Source: an uncultured Clostridiaceae bacterium
Lineage (GTDB): Bacteria; Bacillota; Clostridia; Ch29
Assembly: GCA_964508195.1 (NCBI GenBank)
Contig: CAZDSH010000001.1
Coordinates: 131,351-195,350, forward strand
Direction: 5' to 3'
DNA length: 64,000 nucleotides
The position numbers were made by a program, and so were the translations under genes. This document shows positions 31,226-42,227 of this stretch, piece by piece. Position 1 is the first letter of the stretch; every line of letters starts with the position of its first letter. Below the pieces are notes generated by a model. That model did no database searches and had not been told where the DNA came from. It was given only the letters and a program-made list of their open reading frames with translations.

Positions 31226-32338
31226 TTACCCCTTGACTATTCCCCTTATTATGTCGCATATTTTTATTGCGGCGCCTTCCTTAGCCAGGCCCCTGCTGCA
31301 TTCCCCCATCCTATGCAACCGCTCCCTGTCCTTTATTAGCTTTAAGACCTCTTTATGCAACAACTCTCCCCTTAACTGTGCTTCGGTTATCACTATTGCA
31401 GCACCTTTGTTTTCCAGTGCCCGGGCGTTGTGTTCCTGATGGTTCCCGGTTACGTAAGACTTCGGAATCAGTATAGAGGGAAGACCCGCCATTGTCACTT
31501 CGGCTATAGTTATCGCGCCGGCACTCGTTATTACAAGGTCCGCCGCCAAAAGTGCCCGGGGCATATCGTATAAATAGGGTACAACCTTTATATTGCCTTT
31601 ACTTTTTAAATTGATACCCTTTACCCTAAGGCTTTGCATAAAGATTTCAAAATGTTCTTCACCGGTAGCATGTAACAATTGGAGACTATCCTTCTTCATT
31701 AAAAAACCGATGAAATCTACCATTGCTCTATTCAGGCTAAAGGAGCCCCCACTGCCACCAAAGCTCAATACGATAGGTAATTGGGATGTAAACCCAAACT
31801 TCTCTATCGCTTTCGATTTGTCACCACGTACAATCTGTTGCCTTATGGGATTACCGGTAACGAAAACCCGATCATTTTTGCCGAAATATTTTACCGCCCC
31901 TTCGAAACTCACCGCTATGGCATCGACGAAATGTCCTAATATTTTATTCGTCGCACCGGGTAGAACATTTTGCTCATGTATCACCGTGGGTATACCCCTA
32001 AGGTGTGCAACCATAAGCACCGGCCCCGCTACATATCCGCCTGTGCCTACTACTACATCCGGCTTATATTCTTTCAAAAGCCTATGGGCATCATAGAGTC
32101 CTTTAAGGAGTTCTGTAAAGGATTTTATGGTATCTGCGGACAATTTACGCCTAAACCCCTTCACCCTGATGCTTTTAAATGGGTATCCATGTTTAGGCAC
32201 CAGGTTGCTTTCCAGCCCGGCGGCGGTACCTATATACAGGATTTCTGTATTTTTGTCCTCCCTTTTAAGGGCATCGGCGATAGAAAGTGCGGGGTATATA
32301 TGACCGCCGGTACCGCCCCCGCTGATTATGACCCTCAT
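31226..32338 (-). CDS. murG: Undecaprenyldiphospho-muramoylpentapeptide beta-N-acetylglucosaminyltransferase.
   Basis: MRVIISGGGTGGHIYPALSIA N-terminus. Confidence 0.92.
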   Translation of the reverse strand: MRVIISGGGTGGHIYPALSIADALKREDKNTEILYIGTAAGLESNLVPKHGYPFKSIRVKGFRRKLSADTIKSFTELLKGLYDAHRLLKEYKPDVVVGTGGYVAGPVLMVAHLRGIPTVIHEQNVLPGATNKILGHFVDAIAVSFEGAVKYFGKNDRVFVTGNPIRQQIVRGDKSKAIEKFGFTSQLPIVLSFGGSGGSFSLNRAMVDFIGFLMKKDSLQLLHATGEEHFEIFMQSLRVKGINLKSKGNIKVVPYLYDMPRALLAADLVITSAGAITIAEVTMAGLPSILIPKSYVTGNHQEHNARALENKGAAIVITEAQLRGELLHKEVLKLIKDRERLHRMGECSRGLAKEGAAIKICDIIRGIVKG

Positions 32339-32342
32339 TTTA

Positions 32343-33446
32343 TCAGCCCCAGTTTAAAGATGTTTCCCTGGATATATTCAACAGTATACCTACTGCAGAC
32401 AGTGTAAAAAACAATGATGACCCCCCGGCACTTATAAAGGGAAGGGGAATCCCCGTAACGGGCATTGATGAAGTCACCACTGCTATATTCATTATCACCT
32501 GTACAGCTATCATGGCCACTATACCCGTAGCCAACATACTGCTAAAAAAATCCGGTGCATGGATAGCAATTCTGATACCCCGCCAAACTAGGAGCATAAA
32601 TAAAAACACGATTGTAACGGAGCCGACAAATCCTAATTCCTCTCCTATAATGGAAAATATAAAATCGTTTTGTGGCAGGGGTATATAAAAAAATTTCTGC
32701 CGGCTTCGTCCAAGACCCAATCCAAACAATCCGCCGGAACCGAGGGCATACAATGACTGAATCGCCTGGTAGCCGCTGTCCCTTGGATCCTGGAAGGGAT
32801 CTAAAAAGGATGTCCATCTTAACATTCTATAGGGTTCTGTCACTATAAGGAGCGTCAACGCCGCTATTCCCGGTAGAATAAGCCCTAACAAATGCCCAAT
32901 GTTTACGCCGGCTATAAATAACATAATGAGCACTATAGCCATTATGCATACCCCGGTGCTAAAATCCGGTTGCAGCATTATAAGGCCGAATACTATACCC
33001 GTTATAATCAGAAAGGGTACCACGCCCCTTACAAAACTGCGTACCTCGCCCCTTTTTTTGTTCAGCGCACCGGCAGTATATATTATTATGGCTAGCTTTG
33101 CAAACTCCGAGGGCTGTATCGTATGCCCGGCGATGGATATCCATCGTGTGGCCCCGTATATAGTAACCCCTAGTTTCGGTATGAATACCAAAAGGAGCGA
33201 CAAAAGTCCGGCTATCAGTATATGCTTAGACAGTCTATCATAGTTCTTATAACTGAGCCTTGACAATATAAACATCGAAATAAAGCCTAATACCGCCCAT
33301 GCCATTTGCTTTTTAAGGAAATGGTAACTGTCCTTATGCACGTAATAGGCACTGGCGGAGCTGGAGCTAAATACCATTATTATGCCTATTATTACAAGGA
33401 GTATCGTCACGAACAATAATGTAAAATCTACGGCGCTATCTCTCAC
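32343..33446 (-). CDS. ftsW: FtsW/RodA/SpoVE (SEDS) family peptidoglycan glycosyltransferase.
   Basis: 367 aa polytopic SEDS protein between murD and murG. Confidence 0.85.
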   Translation of the reverse strand: MRDSAVDFTLLFVTILLVIIGIIMVFSSSSASAYYVHKDSYHFLKKQMAWAVLGFISMFILSRLSYKNYDRLSKHILIAGLLSLLLVFIPKLGVTIYGATRWISIAGHTIQPSEFAKLAIIIYTAGALNKKRGEVRSFVRGVVPFLIITGIVFGLIMLQPDFSTGVCIMAIVLIMLFIAGVNIGHLLGLILPGIAALTLLIVTEPYRMLRWTSFLDPFQDPRDSGYQAIQSLYALGSGGLFGLGLGRSRQKFFYIPLPQNDFIFSIIGEELGFVGSVTIVFLFMLLVWRGIRIAIHAPDFFSSMLATGIVAMIAVQVIMNIAVVTSSMPVTGIPLPFISAGGSSLFFTLSAVGILLNISRETSLNWG

Positions 33447-33448
33447 TG

Positions 33449-34813
33449 TTAGGAAAACCTCCCTAAAGCATTGACATACCTTTTAAACTCTTTTCCCCGT
33501 TCTTCAAAATTGTTATACATATCCCAACTTGCGCAGGCGGGGGAAAATAAAACCGTATCCCCTTCCTTTGCCAATGACGCTGCCCTGTTTACAGCCTCCT
33601 CCATATCTTTTACTACATACATATTATTCAAGTTCGCCCTTTGACATGACTTTTTTAATTTAGCCGCCGTATCTCCCATAAGGACTACGCCCTTTACGCT
33701 ATCATCGAAGCTTTGGACAAATTCATCGAAGTCACTACCCTTATCATAGCCGCCTAGTATCATTATAATAGGCCCGTCAAAGGCCTTTATCGCATTAAAA
33801 GAGGCATCGGGATTCGTCCCTTTGGAATCGTTTATAAACTTTACTCCCTTTATAGTACCGACATACTCTAGACGGTGTTCCACGCCCTTGAAATTTAGCA
33901 ATGCAGCGGTTATGCTTTTTATCGGCACATCCATACACCATGCCAAGGCCGACGCAGCCAGTGCATTTTCGAGGTTATGGGCTCCGGGTATCCCTAGATC
34001 CGTGACAGCGCATAACCTTTCAACGACGTTGTTTTTTTTCAATACCAAGTACCCTTTTTCTACAAAAACGCCGGTATCTAATACCCTTCGCCGGCTGAAT
34101 AATATAACTTTGGATTTATACTTACCCACCATAGCCGCAACGATCGGGTCATCGGCATTGAGTATTGCAAAATCCCCGGGGCCCTGGTTTTCAAATATTC
34201 TGGCCTTCATACCTGCATAGTTATCAAAGGTCCCATGCCTGTCCAGGTGATCCGGCGTAATATTTAATACCGCCGCGGCCCTTGGTTTAAAATCTTTTAT
34301 ACTTTCTAATTGAAAGCTACTTATTTCCGCAACTAATACATCCTCGGCCCGGGAAGTGACGGCCCGTTTTATAATAGGGGTACCTATATTCCCCACTACG
34401 TAGGTGCCCCTCCCTGAAAGGCGAAACATCTCCCCGGTAAGGACTGTCGTAGTAGTCTTACCGTTTGTACCGGTTATCGCTACGATAGGCGTCTTTGTAA
34501 GCCGCTGAGCCAGTTCGATTTCGCTCATTACTTCCCGGCCCCTTTTTAATATACCCTGTACCATAGGAATATCCATCGGTACACCGGGGCTTATTATCGC
34601 AAAGTCCGGCCAGGAGGAAAGCTCTACGGGATGCTTGCCTAACACGTAATCTATATCTATGCCCCTTAGATCTTTAATTATGCCCTTGAGCTCATCCTCA
34701 TCCCTGCGATCGTTTACGGTCACCTGTGCACCAAGGCCGTATAGTACCCGAGCCGTTTGTATGCCGCTTATCCCAAGGCCGATTACAAGCACCTTTTTAC
34801 CCTTTATCGCCAT
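33449..34813 (-). CDS. murD: UDP-N-acetylmuramoylalanine--D-glutamate ligase.
   Basis: KVLVIGLGISG Rossmann-like N-terminus and the GTNGKTTT P-loop. Confidence 0.92.
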   Translation of the reverse strand: MAIKGKKVLVIGLGISGIQTARVLYGLGAQVTVNDRRDEDELKGIIKDLRGIDIDYVLGKHPVELSSWPDFAIISPGVPMDIPMVQGILKRGREVMSEIELAQRLTKTPIVAITGTNGKTTTTVLTGEMFRLSGRGTYVVGNIGTPIIKRAVTSRAEDVLVAEISSFQLESIKDFKPRAAAVLNITPDHLDRHGTFDNYAGMKARIFENQGPGDFAILNADDPIVAAMVGKYKSKVILFSRRRVLDTGVFVEKGYLVLKKNNVVERLCAVTDLGIPGAHNLENALAASALAWCMDVPIKSITAALLNFKGVEHRLEYVGTIKGVKFINDSKGTNPDASFNAIKAFDGPIIMILGGYDKGSDFDEFVQSFDDSVKGVVLMGDTAAKLKKSCQRANLNNMYVVKDMEEAVNRAASLAKEGDTVLFSPACASWDMYNNFEERGKEFKRYVNALGRFS

Positions 34814-34828
34814 GACGTTATTCCTTCC

Positions 34829-35794
34829 TCATCTAATAGCAAGGGCTCCTATTAATACGAGCACTATAGTGATTATCCAAAATGAAATGACTATCTTAGT
34901 CTCTTCCCAGCCCTTGACCTCATAATGATGGTGCAATGGTGCCATTAAAAAAACCCTTCTACCCGTTAATTTAAAGCTTATAACCTGTACAATTATTGAA
35001 AGGGTTTCCAGTACATATATTCCGCCTACGATACCCAATAAAAGGGGTAGCTTCAAAAGTACAACGACTGCGGCTACTGCGCCCCCTAGGGCCATGGAAC
35101 CGGTATCCCCCATAAAGATCTGTGCCGGGTAGGAGTTGTACCTCAAAAAACCTAATGTGGATCCAGTAACAGCGGCGGATATTATAGCTATTTCCTTTTG
35201 CCCGGTTTTAAGGGCGATAAGGCTTAAAAATGCCATTATGATCATCGTAACACCGGCTGCAAGCCCGTCCAGACCATCGGTAAAATTTACGCTGTTTACG
35301 GTACCAATAAATATAATAACCGTCGTAAAGGGTATATACCACAGGCCAAGGTCCCAGAACCGTGTCGTAAAGGGAACTAAAACTGCCGGGCCTACATCGG
35401 GGGCTCTATAAGCATAAAGAGTCATCGTTATGCCTAGGGCCAGTTGGGCGATTATTTTATGGGTCGCCCTTAACCCAAGGGAACGCTTCATAACAACCTT
35501 TATAAAGTCATCAACAAGGCCAATGGCTCCGAAACCTAGGATGCTAATCAGTATAAAGATCATTTCCCTTTCCCATTGTGCAGTTATAAGTACCGAGAAA
35601 AAAACAGCGATCACTATAATAATGCCACCCATTGTCGGGGTTCCCGATTTCTTAAAATGGGTTTTTGGACCATCCCCCCGCACGCTTTGCCCCATCTTAA
35701 GCTTTTCTAAGATCGGTATTACTATAGGTCCTATTATTATCACTATCAGAAATGCAATTATTATCGGGAAAATTATCTGTTGATGTTCCTGCAT
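34829..35794 (-). CDS. mraY: Phospho-N-acetylmuramoyl-pentapeptide transferase.
   Basis: DDxxK and GTPTMGG motifs. 321 aa with 10 TM segments. Confidence 0.92.
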   Translation of the reverse strand: MQEHQQIIFPIIIAFLIVIIIGPIVIPILEKLKMGQSVRGDGPKTHFKKSGTPTMGGIIIVIAVFFSVLITAQWEREMIFILISILGFGAIGLVDDFIKVVMKRSLGLRATHKIIAQLALGITMTLYAYRAPDVGPAVLVPFTTRFWDLGLWYIPFTTVIIFIGTVNSVNFTDGLDGLAAGVTMIIMAFLSLIALKTGQKEIAIISAAVTGSTLGFLRYNSYPAQIFMGDTGSMALGGAVAAVVVLLKLPLLLGIVGGIYVLETLSIIVQVISFKLTGRRVFLMAPLHHHYEVKGWEETKIVISFWIITIVLVLIGALAIR

Positions 35795-37181
35795 CCCTTT
35801 GGCCCCTCTCTAGTATTTCTTCTACCAGCTCCTCCATTTGCATACCCCGTGAACCTTTAACTAAAACAATGTCTCCCCTTTCAATGAAACTTTTTAGAAG
35901 TTCCGTGGCCCCCCGTTTATTGTCGAAGGAATAGACTCTATCATGTTTCATCCCCGCTTTCTTTGCCTCTAGCGCAATAAACCTACTTTTACGTCCCACC
36001 GTTATTAGAACATCCACGCCGGTCTCCGCAGCGATCCTTCCTACAAACCGATGCCCATCTTCGCTAAACCTGCCCATCTCCAAAATGTCCGCTAACAGAG
36101 CGATCTTCCGTTTGCCCGCCGCATCCTTTAGTACCTTTAATGCAGCCTCCATGGATTCGGGGCTGGCATTATAGGCATCGTTTATTACCTTAACGCCGCC
36201 GGGGGCACTATGTATAGAAAGGCGCATACTCTCACCTTCGAGATATCCTAGGGCATCAATTATCTCGTCGAAGCCGATACCAAAGTGCCTTGCCACCGCT
36301 ATGGCGGCTAGGGAATTGTATACGTTATGGATACCCGGTAACGGCGATACCACATCAAAGGTCTCACCCCGGGCCAAAAGAGTATAGGCCATACCTTCTA
36401 CACCCTTCGATAGCACCTTTTTAGCCCTGAAATCGCCTTCCCTAAGCCCATAGTACACTATCGGTATATCCAAATCCTTACAACCCGTCCTAAGGAGCTC
36501 ATCATCGGCGTTTATTACCGCTATGGAATCCTTATCCATCCCTTGGAATATCTCCATCTTTGCCCTTAGGATGCCTTCACGACTACCAAGTTTCTCTATA
36601 TGGGACATACCTATATTAGTTATAACGGCCACCCTAGGCTTTACTATTTCCGCTAGTTCCTCTATTTCGCCGTAACCGCTCATACCCATCTCCACGACCC
36701 CTAGTCGGTGGCTATAGTCAAGGTCCATAACGGTCATGGGCAACCCTATCTGGTTATTATAATTACCGGGAGTCCTTAGAACTTTAAACCTTTTCTCTAA
36801 AAGTGTAGCTATTATATTTTTCGTAGTAGTTTTGCCCGCACTACCCGTAACCGCGATAAAATCTACATGAAACCTTGTCCTGTACCATCGTGCAAGCCGG
36901 TGCAGTGCCTTCAGCGTATCCTTTACGCGTATTACTGTGACACCTTCATGTCGATAACATCCGTTATCCTTATGGGTAAATATTACCTTTGCGCCTTTTT
37001 TTACAGCCTCGTGCAGGAAATCATGACCGTCAAATCTATCGCCTTTAATAGGTATAAATAGGCCCCCCGGCTCTAACGCTCTCGTATCCAAGGATATCAT
37101 ATCAATCCTTCCATCCTGGGGGCCATGCACCACAGAGCCTTCTACTGCGGCAACTATGTCCTGGACATCAAGCTTGATCAT
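35697..37181 (-). CDS. murF: UDP-N-acetylmuramoyl-tripeptide--D-alanyl-D-alanine ligase. It carries an unusual low-complexity C-terminal tail of about 35 aa that overlaps mraY by 98 nt.
   Basis: GSAGKTTTK P-loop and the Mur ligase domains. The tail ...ILERGQRDAGTSTDNFPDNNCISDSDNNRTYSNTDLRKA extends past the usual MurF end. Confidence 0.88.
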   Translation of the reverse strand: MIKLDVQDIVAAVEGSVVHGPQDGRIDMISLDTRALEPGGLFIPIKGDRFDGHDFLHEAVKKGAKVIFTHKDNGCYRHEGVTVIRVKDTLKALHRLARWYRTRFHVDFIAVTGSAGKTTTKNIIATLLEKRFKVLRTPGNYNNQIGLPMTVMDLDYSHRLGVVEMGMSGYGEIEELAEIVKPRVAVITNIGMSHIEKLGSREGILRAKMEIFQGMDKDSIAVINADDELLRTGCKDLDIPIVYYGLREGDFRAKKVLSKGVEGMAYTLLARGETFDVVSPLPGIHNVYNSLAAIAVARHFGIGFDEIIDALGYLEGESMRLSIHSAPGGVKVINDAYNASPESMEAALKVLKDAAGKRKIALLADILEMGRFSEDGHRFVGRIAAETGVDVLITVGRKSRFIALEAKKAGMKHDRVYSFDNKRGATELLKSFIERGDIVLVKGSRGMQMEELVEEILERGQRDAGTSTDNFPDNNCISDSDNNRTYSNTDLRKA

Positions 37182-38643
37182 CGTTTATCCTCTCCAGAAT
37201 ATCCATTACTATTTTTCTTTCGTCGAATTCTATAGTATGATCCGCAAACTCCTGATATATTTCGTGGCCTTTACCGGCCAAGACTACTATATCCTCGGCC
37301 TCCGCTAGCCCTAGGGCATATTCTATAGCCTTATACCTATCTACTATACATATATAGCTCGTTCCGGTCCTTTCCACACCGGGCAATATATCCTCTATAA
37401 TTTTATGGGGTTCCTCTTTCCTAGGATTATCCGAAGTAACTATAACAAAATCCGATAGCCTTGCCGCTATTTCCCCCATCATGGGACGCTTTTCCCTGTC
37501 GCGGTTGCCGCCACATCCGAACATAGTTATTACCTTGCCCGGGGCATAACCCTTTATGGTTGAAAGTATGTTTTCCAGGCCGTCGGGGGTATGGGCATAA
37601 TCTATTATAACGCTGAAGCCTAATCCCGTATCCAAGGTTTCCGACCGACCCCGTACACCCTTTACATTCTTTAACCCTTCTTGTACGTGTTCAGGGTTAA
37701 TGCCATCGGTTATAAGCACCGCTGCCGCAGCAAGGCTGTTATACACGCTTATTGTGCCGGGTATTTTAACCTCTATAGGCAGGCTGTTACCCTTCCAAAC
37801 CAGCCTGTACCTGACTCCCTTAGCATCAACGTCTATATCCTTTGCACTAAAATCCGACTTATTTTTGATACCAAAGGTAAGGATACCCGTAGGGAGATTT
37901 CTCACCCGTTTTGCTATGACATCCCCCGATGGGTCGTCGGCGTTTATTATATTATATCGGTCCGTGGATTTAAATAGCTTGAGCTTTGCCTCTAGATAAT
38001 TTTTCATGTTTCCATGAAAATCAAGGTGATCCCGGGTAAGGTTTGTAAATATTCCGTAATCGAAATCCACATAACCCACCCTGTCCAGATCCAGGGAATG
38101 GGACGACACCTCCATCACTGCATAATCCACTTTACTCCTTACCATCTCCGCAAACAACCGATGCAGATCCAAGGATTCCGGTGTAGTCCGCATAGCGGGG
38201 ATTTCCCTATCCCCTATTCTTATAGAGATAGTACCTAAAAGGCCTACATTATGCCCTGCACTTTCTAATATGGACTTTATCAAGTAGGTAGTTGTTGTTT
38301 TGCCGTTAGTACCGGTAACGCCTATAACTTTTAACTTCTCCGAAGGGAACCCATAAAACACGTGGCCTATTGCGGCCATAGCCTTACGGGAATCCTTTAC
38401 CTTTACTATCGTGACATCTTTGCTGTCAACCTCTATATCCCTTTGGACCACGAGTACCCTAGCACCCTTTTCTACGGCCTGTTTTGCAAAATCGTGCCCG
38501 TCCCAGTTAAAGCCGTCAATACAAACAAACAAATAGCCGGGTTCTATTTCCCGGGAATCATAGCTCACCCCGGTGACTACTGCATCCGGCCTACCTTTGA
38601 TCTCGATTATCTCTATAAAACTCCATAAATCTGAAACTTTCAT
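37168..38643 (-). CDS. murE: UDP-N-acetylmuramoyl-L-alanyl-D-glutamate--2,6-diaminopimelate ligase (DAP-specific).
   Basis: GTNGKTTTT P-loop and the DNPR motif, which is the meso-DAP specificity determinant. Start at MKVSDLW with AGAGGT upstream. The ORF track starts at 38697. Confidence 0.9.
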   Translation of the reverse strand: MKVSDLWSFIEIIEIKGRPDAVVTGVSYDSREIEPGYLFVCIDGFNWDGHDFAKQAVEKGARVLVVQRDIEVDSKDVTIVKVKDSRKAMAAIGHVFYGFPSEKLKVIGVTGTNGKTTTTYLIKSILESAGHNVGLLGTISIRIGDREIPAMRTTPESLDLHRLFAEMVRSKVDYAVMEVSSHSLDLDRVGYVDFDYGIFTNLTRDHLDFHGNMKNYLEAKLKLFKSTDRYNIINADDPSGDVIAKRVRNLPTGILTFGIKNKSDFSAKDIDVDAKGVRYRLVWKGNSLPIEVKIPGTISVYNSLAAAAVLITDGINPEHVQEGLKNVKGVRGRSETLDTGLGFSVIIDYAHTPDGLENILSTIKGYAPGKVITMFGCGGNRDREKRPMMGEIAARLSDFVIVTSDNPRKEEPHKIIEDILPGVERTGTSYICIVDRYKAIEYALGLAEAEDIVVLAGKGHEIYQEFADHTIEFDERKIVMDILERINDDQA

Positions 38644-38662
38644 ATAATTACCTCTATTTCCA

Positions 38663-40657
38663 CTATACCTCCCGGTTTTGGTGGTTATAGTCTTCAAGAT
38701 ATAGTAGCACTATGGATTTCTCCGACACCATTATATCAGGTTTAGGAGTCTGGTCAACTATGGGGTTAAGGCCCTCCTCCACTACATTTCCCACTACCTG
38801 ATACTGAAGATTTCTATCGCTTAAAACCTTTATTGCATCCTGTAAAGGCATGCCCACAACATCGGGCACGGAAATCCTTTCCTGGATTAATTTTTCCGCC
38901 TCGTCCTCCGTATACCTCGGTTGTACCTTTAAATATCTTAATGTATCACTTAATATACTACCTACTACCGGTGCCGCTATCTGGCCCCCGTAATAGTTCC
39001 CGGGATCTGGTTCATCAATGACTACGAGCAACACTACCTTCGGATCGTCTGCAGGGGCTATCCCGATAAAAGAGGCAACGTATCTACCTTGGACATACCT
39101 GCCATCGACTACTTTTTGTGCTGTACCAGTTTTACCCGCCACCCTAAAACCCGGTATATATGCGTTGGAACCAGTACCCGCTGATACCACTGTCTCCAGT
39201 ATCTGCATTTCTGTTCGCGCCGTTTGTGGCGAAATAACCTGCCTTCTGAATTTAGGCGCAAATTCCCGGACGGTATTACCTTCCCCGTCCTTAAGCCCGA
39301 GGGCGATCCTAGGTTCCATTAACATACCTTCATTGGCGATAGCCGCCGCTGCGCTTACAAGCTGTATAGGAGTAACGGCCACTCCTTGGCCGAAACCCAT
39401 ATTGGCCAGCTCCACGGGTCCTACGCTCTTCGATTCCATTACAAGGCCGTATGCCTCGCCGGGTAATTTGACACCCGTTGGTTCACCGAAGCCAAAGGCC
39501 CTTATATAATCGAGGAATTTCTCCTTACCTAGACGTTGGGCCACTTCAATAAAGACAGGGTTACATGAATTTTGTGCCGCCTCTACAAAGGTCTGGTGCC
39601 CGTGGGGCGCGTAACTCCTCCAGCATTTTAAGTTCCGTCCGCCGACGCTAATAAATCCTTTACAGTAAAAAGTGCTCTCTGGCGCGATTACTCCTTCCTC
39701 TAGCCCCGCTGCGGTAGTGATTATTTTAAATGTAGAACCGGGCTCATACAGATCGGATACGGCATAATTCCTCCACATCTTTAACCTCTCATCCCTTAGT
39801 TCCTCCGCCGAAAGCCCTTCCCAGGACCTTTGGTCGCCGGTTTCTAACGGATCGAAGGGTGTATTCGGATCGTAATCAGGCTTCACCGTCAACGCTAATA
39901 TGTCCCCGTTTTTAGGGTCTATCATAATCGCGGCGCCTTTCTTTGCGTTTGTATTTATAACCGCCTCCTCTACAGCCTTTTCCGCGAAATGCTGTATAAC
40001 TTCATCTATGGTTAATACAAGGTGATACCCATCCTTTGGGGAGTACTGTGTATCAAACCCGAAGGGTATCCGGCGGCCTGCGGCATCGGTCTCGGATATA
40101 TTCCTACCGGGGAGGCCGTATAAATACGTGTCGAACAGCGCCTCTACCCCGTCTAAACCTTGGTTGTCCGCCCCGGTAAAACCCAGTATATGGGCGGCAA
40201 AGTTCCTGTTGGGATAATACCTTTTACTATCGTCCACGGGGTACAATCCTTCGATATCCCTTATGCTATCCACAATTTCCTTCTCCACTCGCCTTTTTAA
40301 AAGCACCGTATCTACTTTCCGTGTAAGCCTGTCGAGTACATCCTCTCTGTCCATGCCCAGCACCTCTGCGAGTCTGTAGGATACGTTCTCAACATCCTTT
40401 ATCTCTATAGGTCTTACGTACAGAGTCTCTATGCTAGCGCTTATAGCTAGTTTTTTTCCATTTCTATCATATATTATACCCCTCTTAGATGGGATAGGTA
40501 TATCCCTTCGCCATTGTTCCACCGCCATATCCCTGTACTTATCGCCGCATACCACCTGTATCCAAGCAAGCCTCAGAAATAAGGCGAAAAACAGAAAAAG
40601 CGCTGTAAAAAGGCAAAATATAAGCCTTTTTTTATGCCTTATCTCCAAAGTAGCCAC
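38663..40657 (-). CDS. Class B penicillin-binding protein (FtsI/SpoVD-type transpeptidase) with C-terminal PASTA domain(s).
   Basis: SxxK (STFK), SxN and KTGT motifs. N-terminal TM segment plus a dimerisation domain. The C-terminal region is PASTA-like. Length is 664 aa. Confidence 0.88.
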   Translation of the reverse strand: MATLEIRHKKRLIFCLFTALFLFFALFLRLAWIQVVCGDKYRDMAVEQWRRDIPIPSKRGIIYDRNGKKLAISASIETLYVRPIEIKDVENVSYRLAEVLGMDREDVLDRLTRKVDTVLLKRRVEKEIVDSIRDIEGLYPVDDSKRYYPNRNFAAHILGFTGADNQGLDGVEALFDTYLYGLPGRNISETDAAGRRIPFGFDTQYSPKDGYHLVLTIDEVIQHFAEKAVEEAVINTNAKKGAAIMIDPKNGDILALTVKPDYDPNTPFDPLETGDQRSWEGLSAEELRDERLKMWRNYAVSDLYEPGSTFKIITTAAGLEEGVIAPESTFYCKGFISVGGRNLKCWRSYAPHGHQTFVEAAQNSCNPVFIEVAQRLGKEKFLDYIRAFGFGEPTGVKLPGEAYGLVMESKSVGPVELANMGFGQGVAVTPIQLVSAAAAIANEGMLMEPRIALGLKDGEGNTVREFAPKFRRQVISPQTARTEMQILETVVSAGTGSNAYIPGFRVAGKTGTAQKVVDGRYVQGRYVASFIGIAPADDPKVVLLVVIDEPDPGNYYGGQIAAPVVGSILSDTLRYLKVQPRYTEDEAEKLIQERISVPDVVGMPLQDAIKVLSDRNLQYQVVGNVVEEGLNPIVDQTPKPDIMVSEKSIVLLYLEDYNHQNREV

Positions 40658-40740
40658 TTTCTTTCCCCCTTAGCCCCTACAATAATACTTATGAACGGTT
40701 ATATTTTTGCCCCTTTTATATTTAAAGGATTTTAAGGGGC

Positions 40741-41226
40741 CTAGGGCCTTTTAAAAATTTTATTTATTGTATTCGTAAGGAACGAAAACAATCTGTTATC
40801 TAAAATACCAGCCTTTTGCGCTTCTTCGGGTTCTTTTGCGTACAGCAAATCCTCCTTTGACTTTTCCACTGCGACGTAAATTATATCCCTGCTATCGGGA
40901 TAAATCATACCTAACTGATGAAGGGCATAATGTTCTAACCTGTTTATATCCATAACCCGGGCGCGCTGAAGCTGTAACCTTTCATTTTCCTTGTGCAGTT
41001 CCGCTAATTCCTTTTCCATGGCCCTTATCCTAAAGTTATGTTCCGATATAACGGCAAAGCGTGAAATGACCAGAATCCCAATAGCTAAAATTACACAAAC
41101 CCTGATCAATGCCCTTCTTCTAATGCCGACCCTTTTTTTCCGGATCGGTTTTCTTTTTTTTATATCCGGTCTCTGAGCCTCGCCGGGTATAGTTTGATAG
41201 TATTGCCTTTGCCTTGCTACTATCAT
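40741..41226 (-). CDS. ftsL: Cell division protein FtsL-like.
   Basis: 161 aa with a basic N-terminus, a single TM segment and a coiled-coil (ELAELHKENERLQL). It sits between rsmH and the PBP gene. Confidence 0.7.
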   Translation of the reverse strand: MIVARQRQYYQTIPGEAQRPDIKKRKPIRKKRVGIRRRALIRVCVILAIGILVISRFAVISEHNFRIRAMEKELAELHKENERLQLQRARVMDINRLEHYALHQLGMIYPDSRDIIYVAVEKSKEDLLYAKEPEEAQKAGILDNRLFSFLTNTINKIFKRP

Positions 41227-41257
41227 TTTTATTCACCCCTTGATGCAATTAGAACTT

Positions 41258-42202
41258 TCATAGCCTTTGGGCAACCCTTAGCCCGGCGCTCCTAGATCTT
41301 GGGTTCTTATGGATCTCGTCTTTATCCGGGACTATCAATTTGCGATTGATTATCTTTATTATCGGTTTTTTTTCACATACGCAAATCGGTATTTCCGGGG
41401 GACAGGTGCATGGGTTTTCTAATTCTCTGAAGGTCCTTTTTATTTTCCTGTCCTCGAGGGAATGGAAGGTGATCACACAGATCCTGCCGCCGGTTTTCAA
41501 AAGCTGTACCCCGTCCTTTATTGCATCCTCTAATATTTCCAGTTCGTCGTTTACCGCTATTCTAAGGGCTTGGAATGTTCTCTTTGCGGGATGTGGTCCC
41601 CTTCTCCTAGCCGATGCAGGTATGGCAGCTTTTATTATGCTCACCAACTGCCCGGTAGTTTCTATGGGGGCCCTATCCCTACCGCGCACTATAAACTGTG
41701 CTATCCTTTTCGCCCACCGTTCTTCCCCGAATGTACTGATTATCGAAGTCAGATCCGCCTCATCATAACTATTCACGATCTCCTTAGCGTCTAAGGGTTG
41801 TCCCCTATCCATTCTCATGTCAAGGGGCGCATCCTGCATATAGCTAAACCCTCGTTCACCTTTATCCAATTGGAATGAGGACACGCCTAAATCCATCACT
41901 ATACCGTCTACATGGGTTATATTGCGGTCGCCTAAAAGGGATTTTATGTTCTTAAAGTTCCCATGTAACAAGATCGTCCTATCGGAATAGGCCGCCAACC
42001 TCTCCCGGGATATCTTTAGGGCAAAGGGATCCCTGTCAATCCCTATAAGTCTACCCTTTGTATCTAACCTTTTTAAAATCTCTAGGGAGTGTCCGCCTCC
42101 GCCTAGGGTAGCGTCAACATACGTGCCCCCGGGTTTTACGTTTAAATATTCAACAATCTCCCTTAACAATACCGGCCTATGTTCAGGCGTCATATTATTC
42201 AT
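41258..42202 (-). CDS. rsmH: 16S rRNA (cytosine1402-N4)-methyltransferase.
   Basis: Start [13 protein letters not shown], then [14 protein letters not shown] (the SAM-binding motif). Confidence 0.92.
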   Translation of the reverse strand: MNNMTPEHRPVLLREIVEYLNVKPGGTYVDATLGGGGHSLEILKRLDTKGRLIGIDRDPFALKISRERLAAYSDRTILLHGNFKNIKSLLGDRNITHVDGIVMDLGVSSFQLDKGERGFSYMQDAPLDMRMDRGQPLDAKEIVNSYDEADLTSIISTFGEERWAKRIAQFIVRGRDRAPIETTGQLVSIIKAAIPASARRRGPHPAKRTFQALRIAVNDELEILEDAIKDGVQLLKTGGRICVITFHSLEDRKIKRTFRELENPCTCPPEIPICVCEKKPIIKIINRKLIVPDKDEIHKNPRSRSAGLRVAQRL

Positions 42203-42227
42203 CTCCGGTCCGATCTAATACCCTTGA

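Noticed and set aside
38644-38697. Upstream start for murE at 38697 (overlapping the PBP gene by 35 nt), and for mraZ at 42710.
   Set aside because: Internal starts are supported by ribosome-binding sites (AGAGGT-7-ATG for murE, and GTG at the canonical MFIGEF for mraZ) and by ortholog N-termini.
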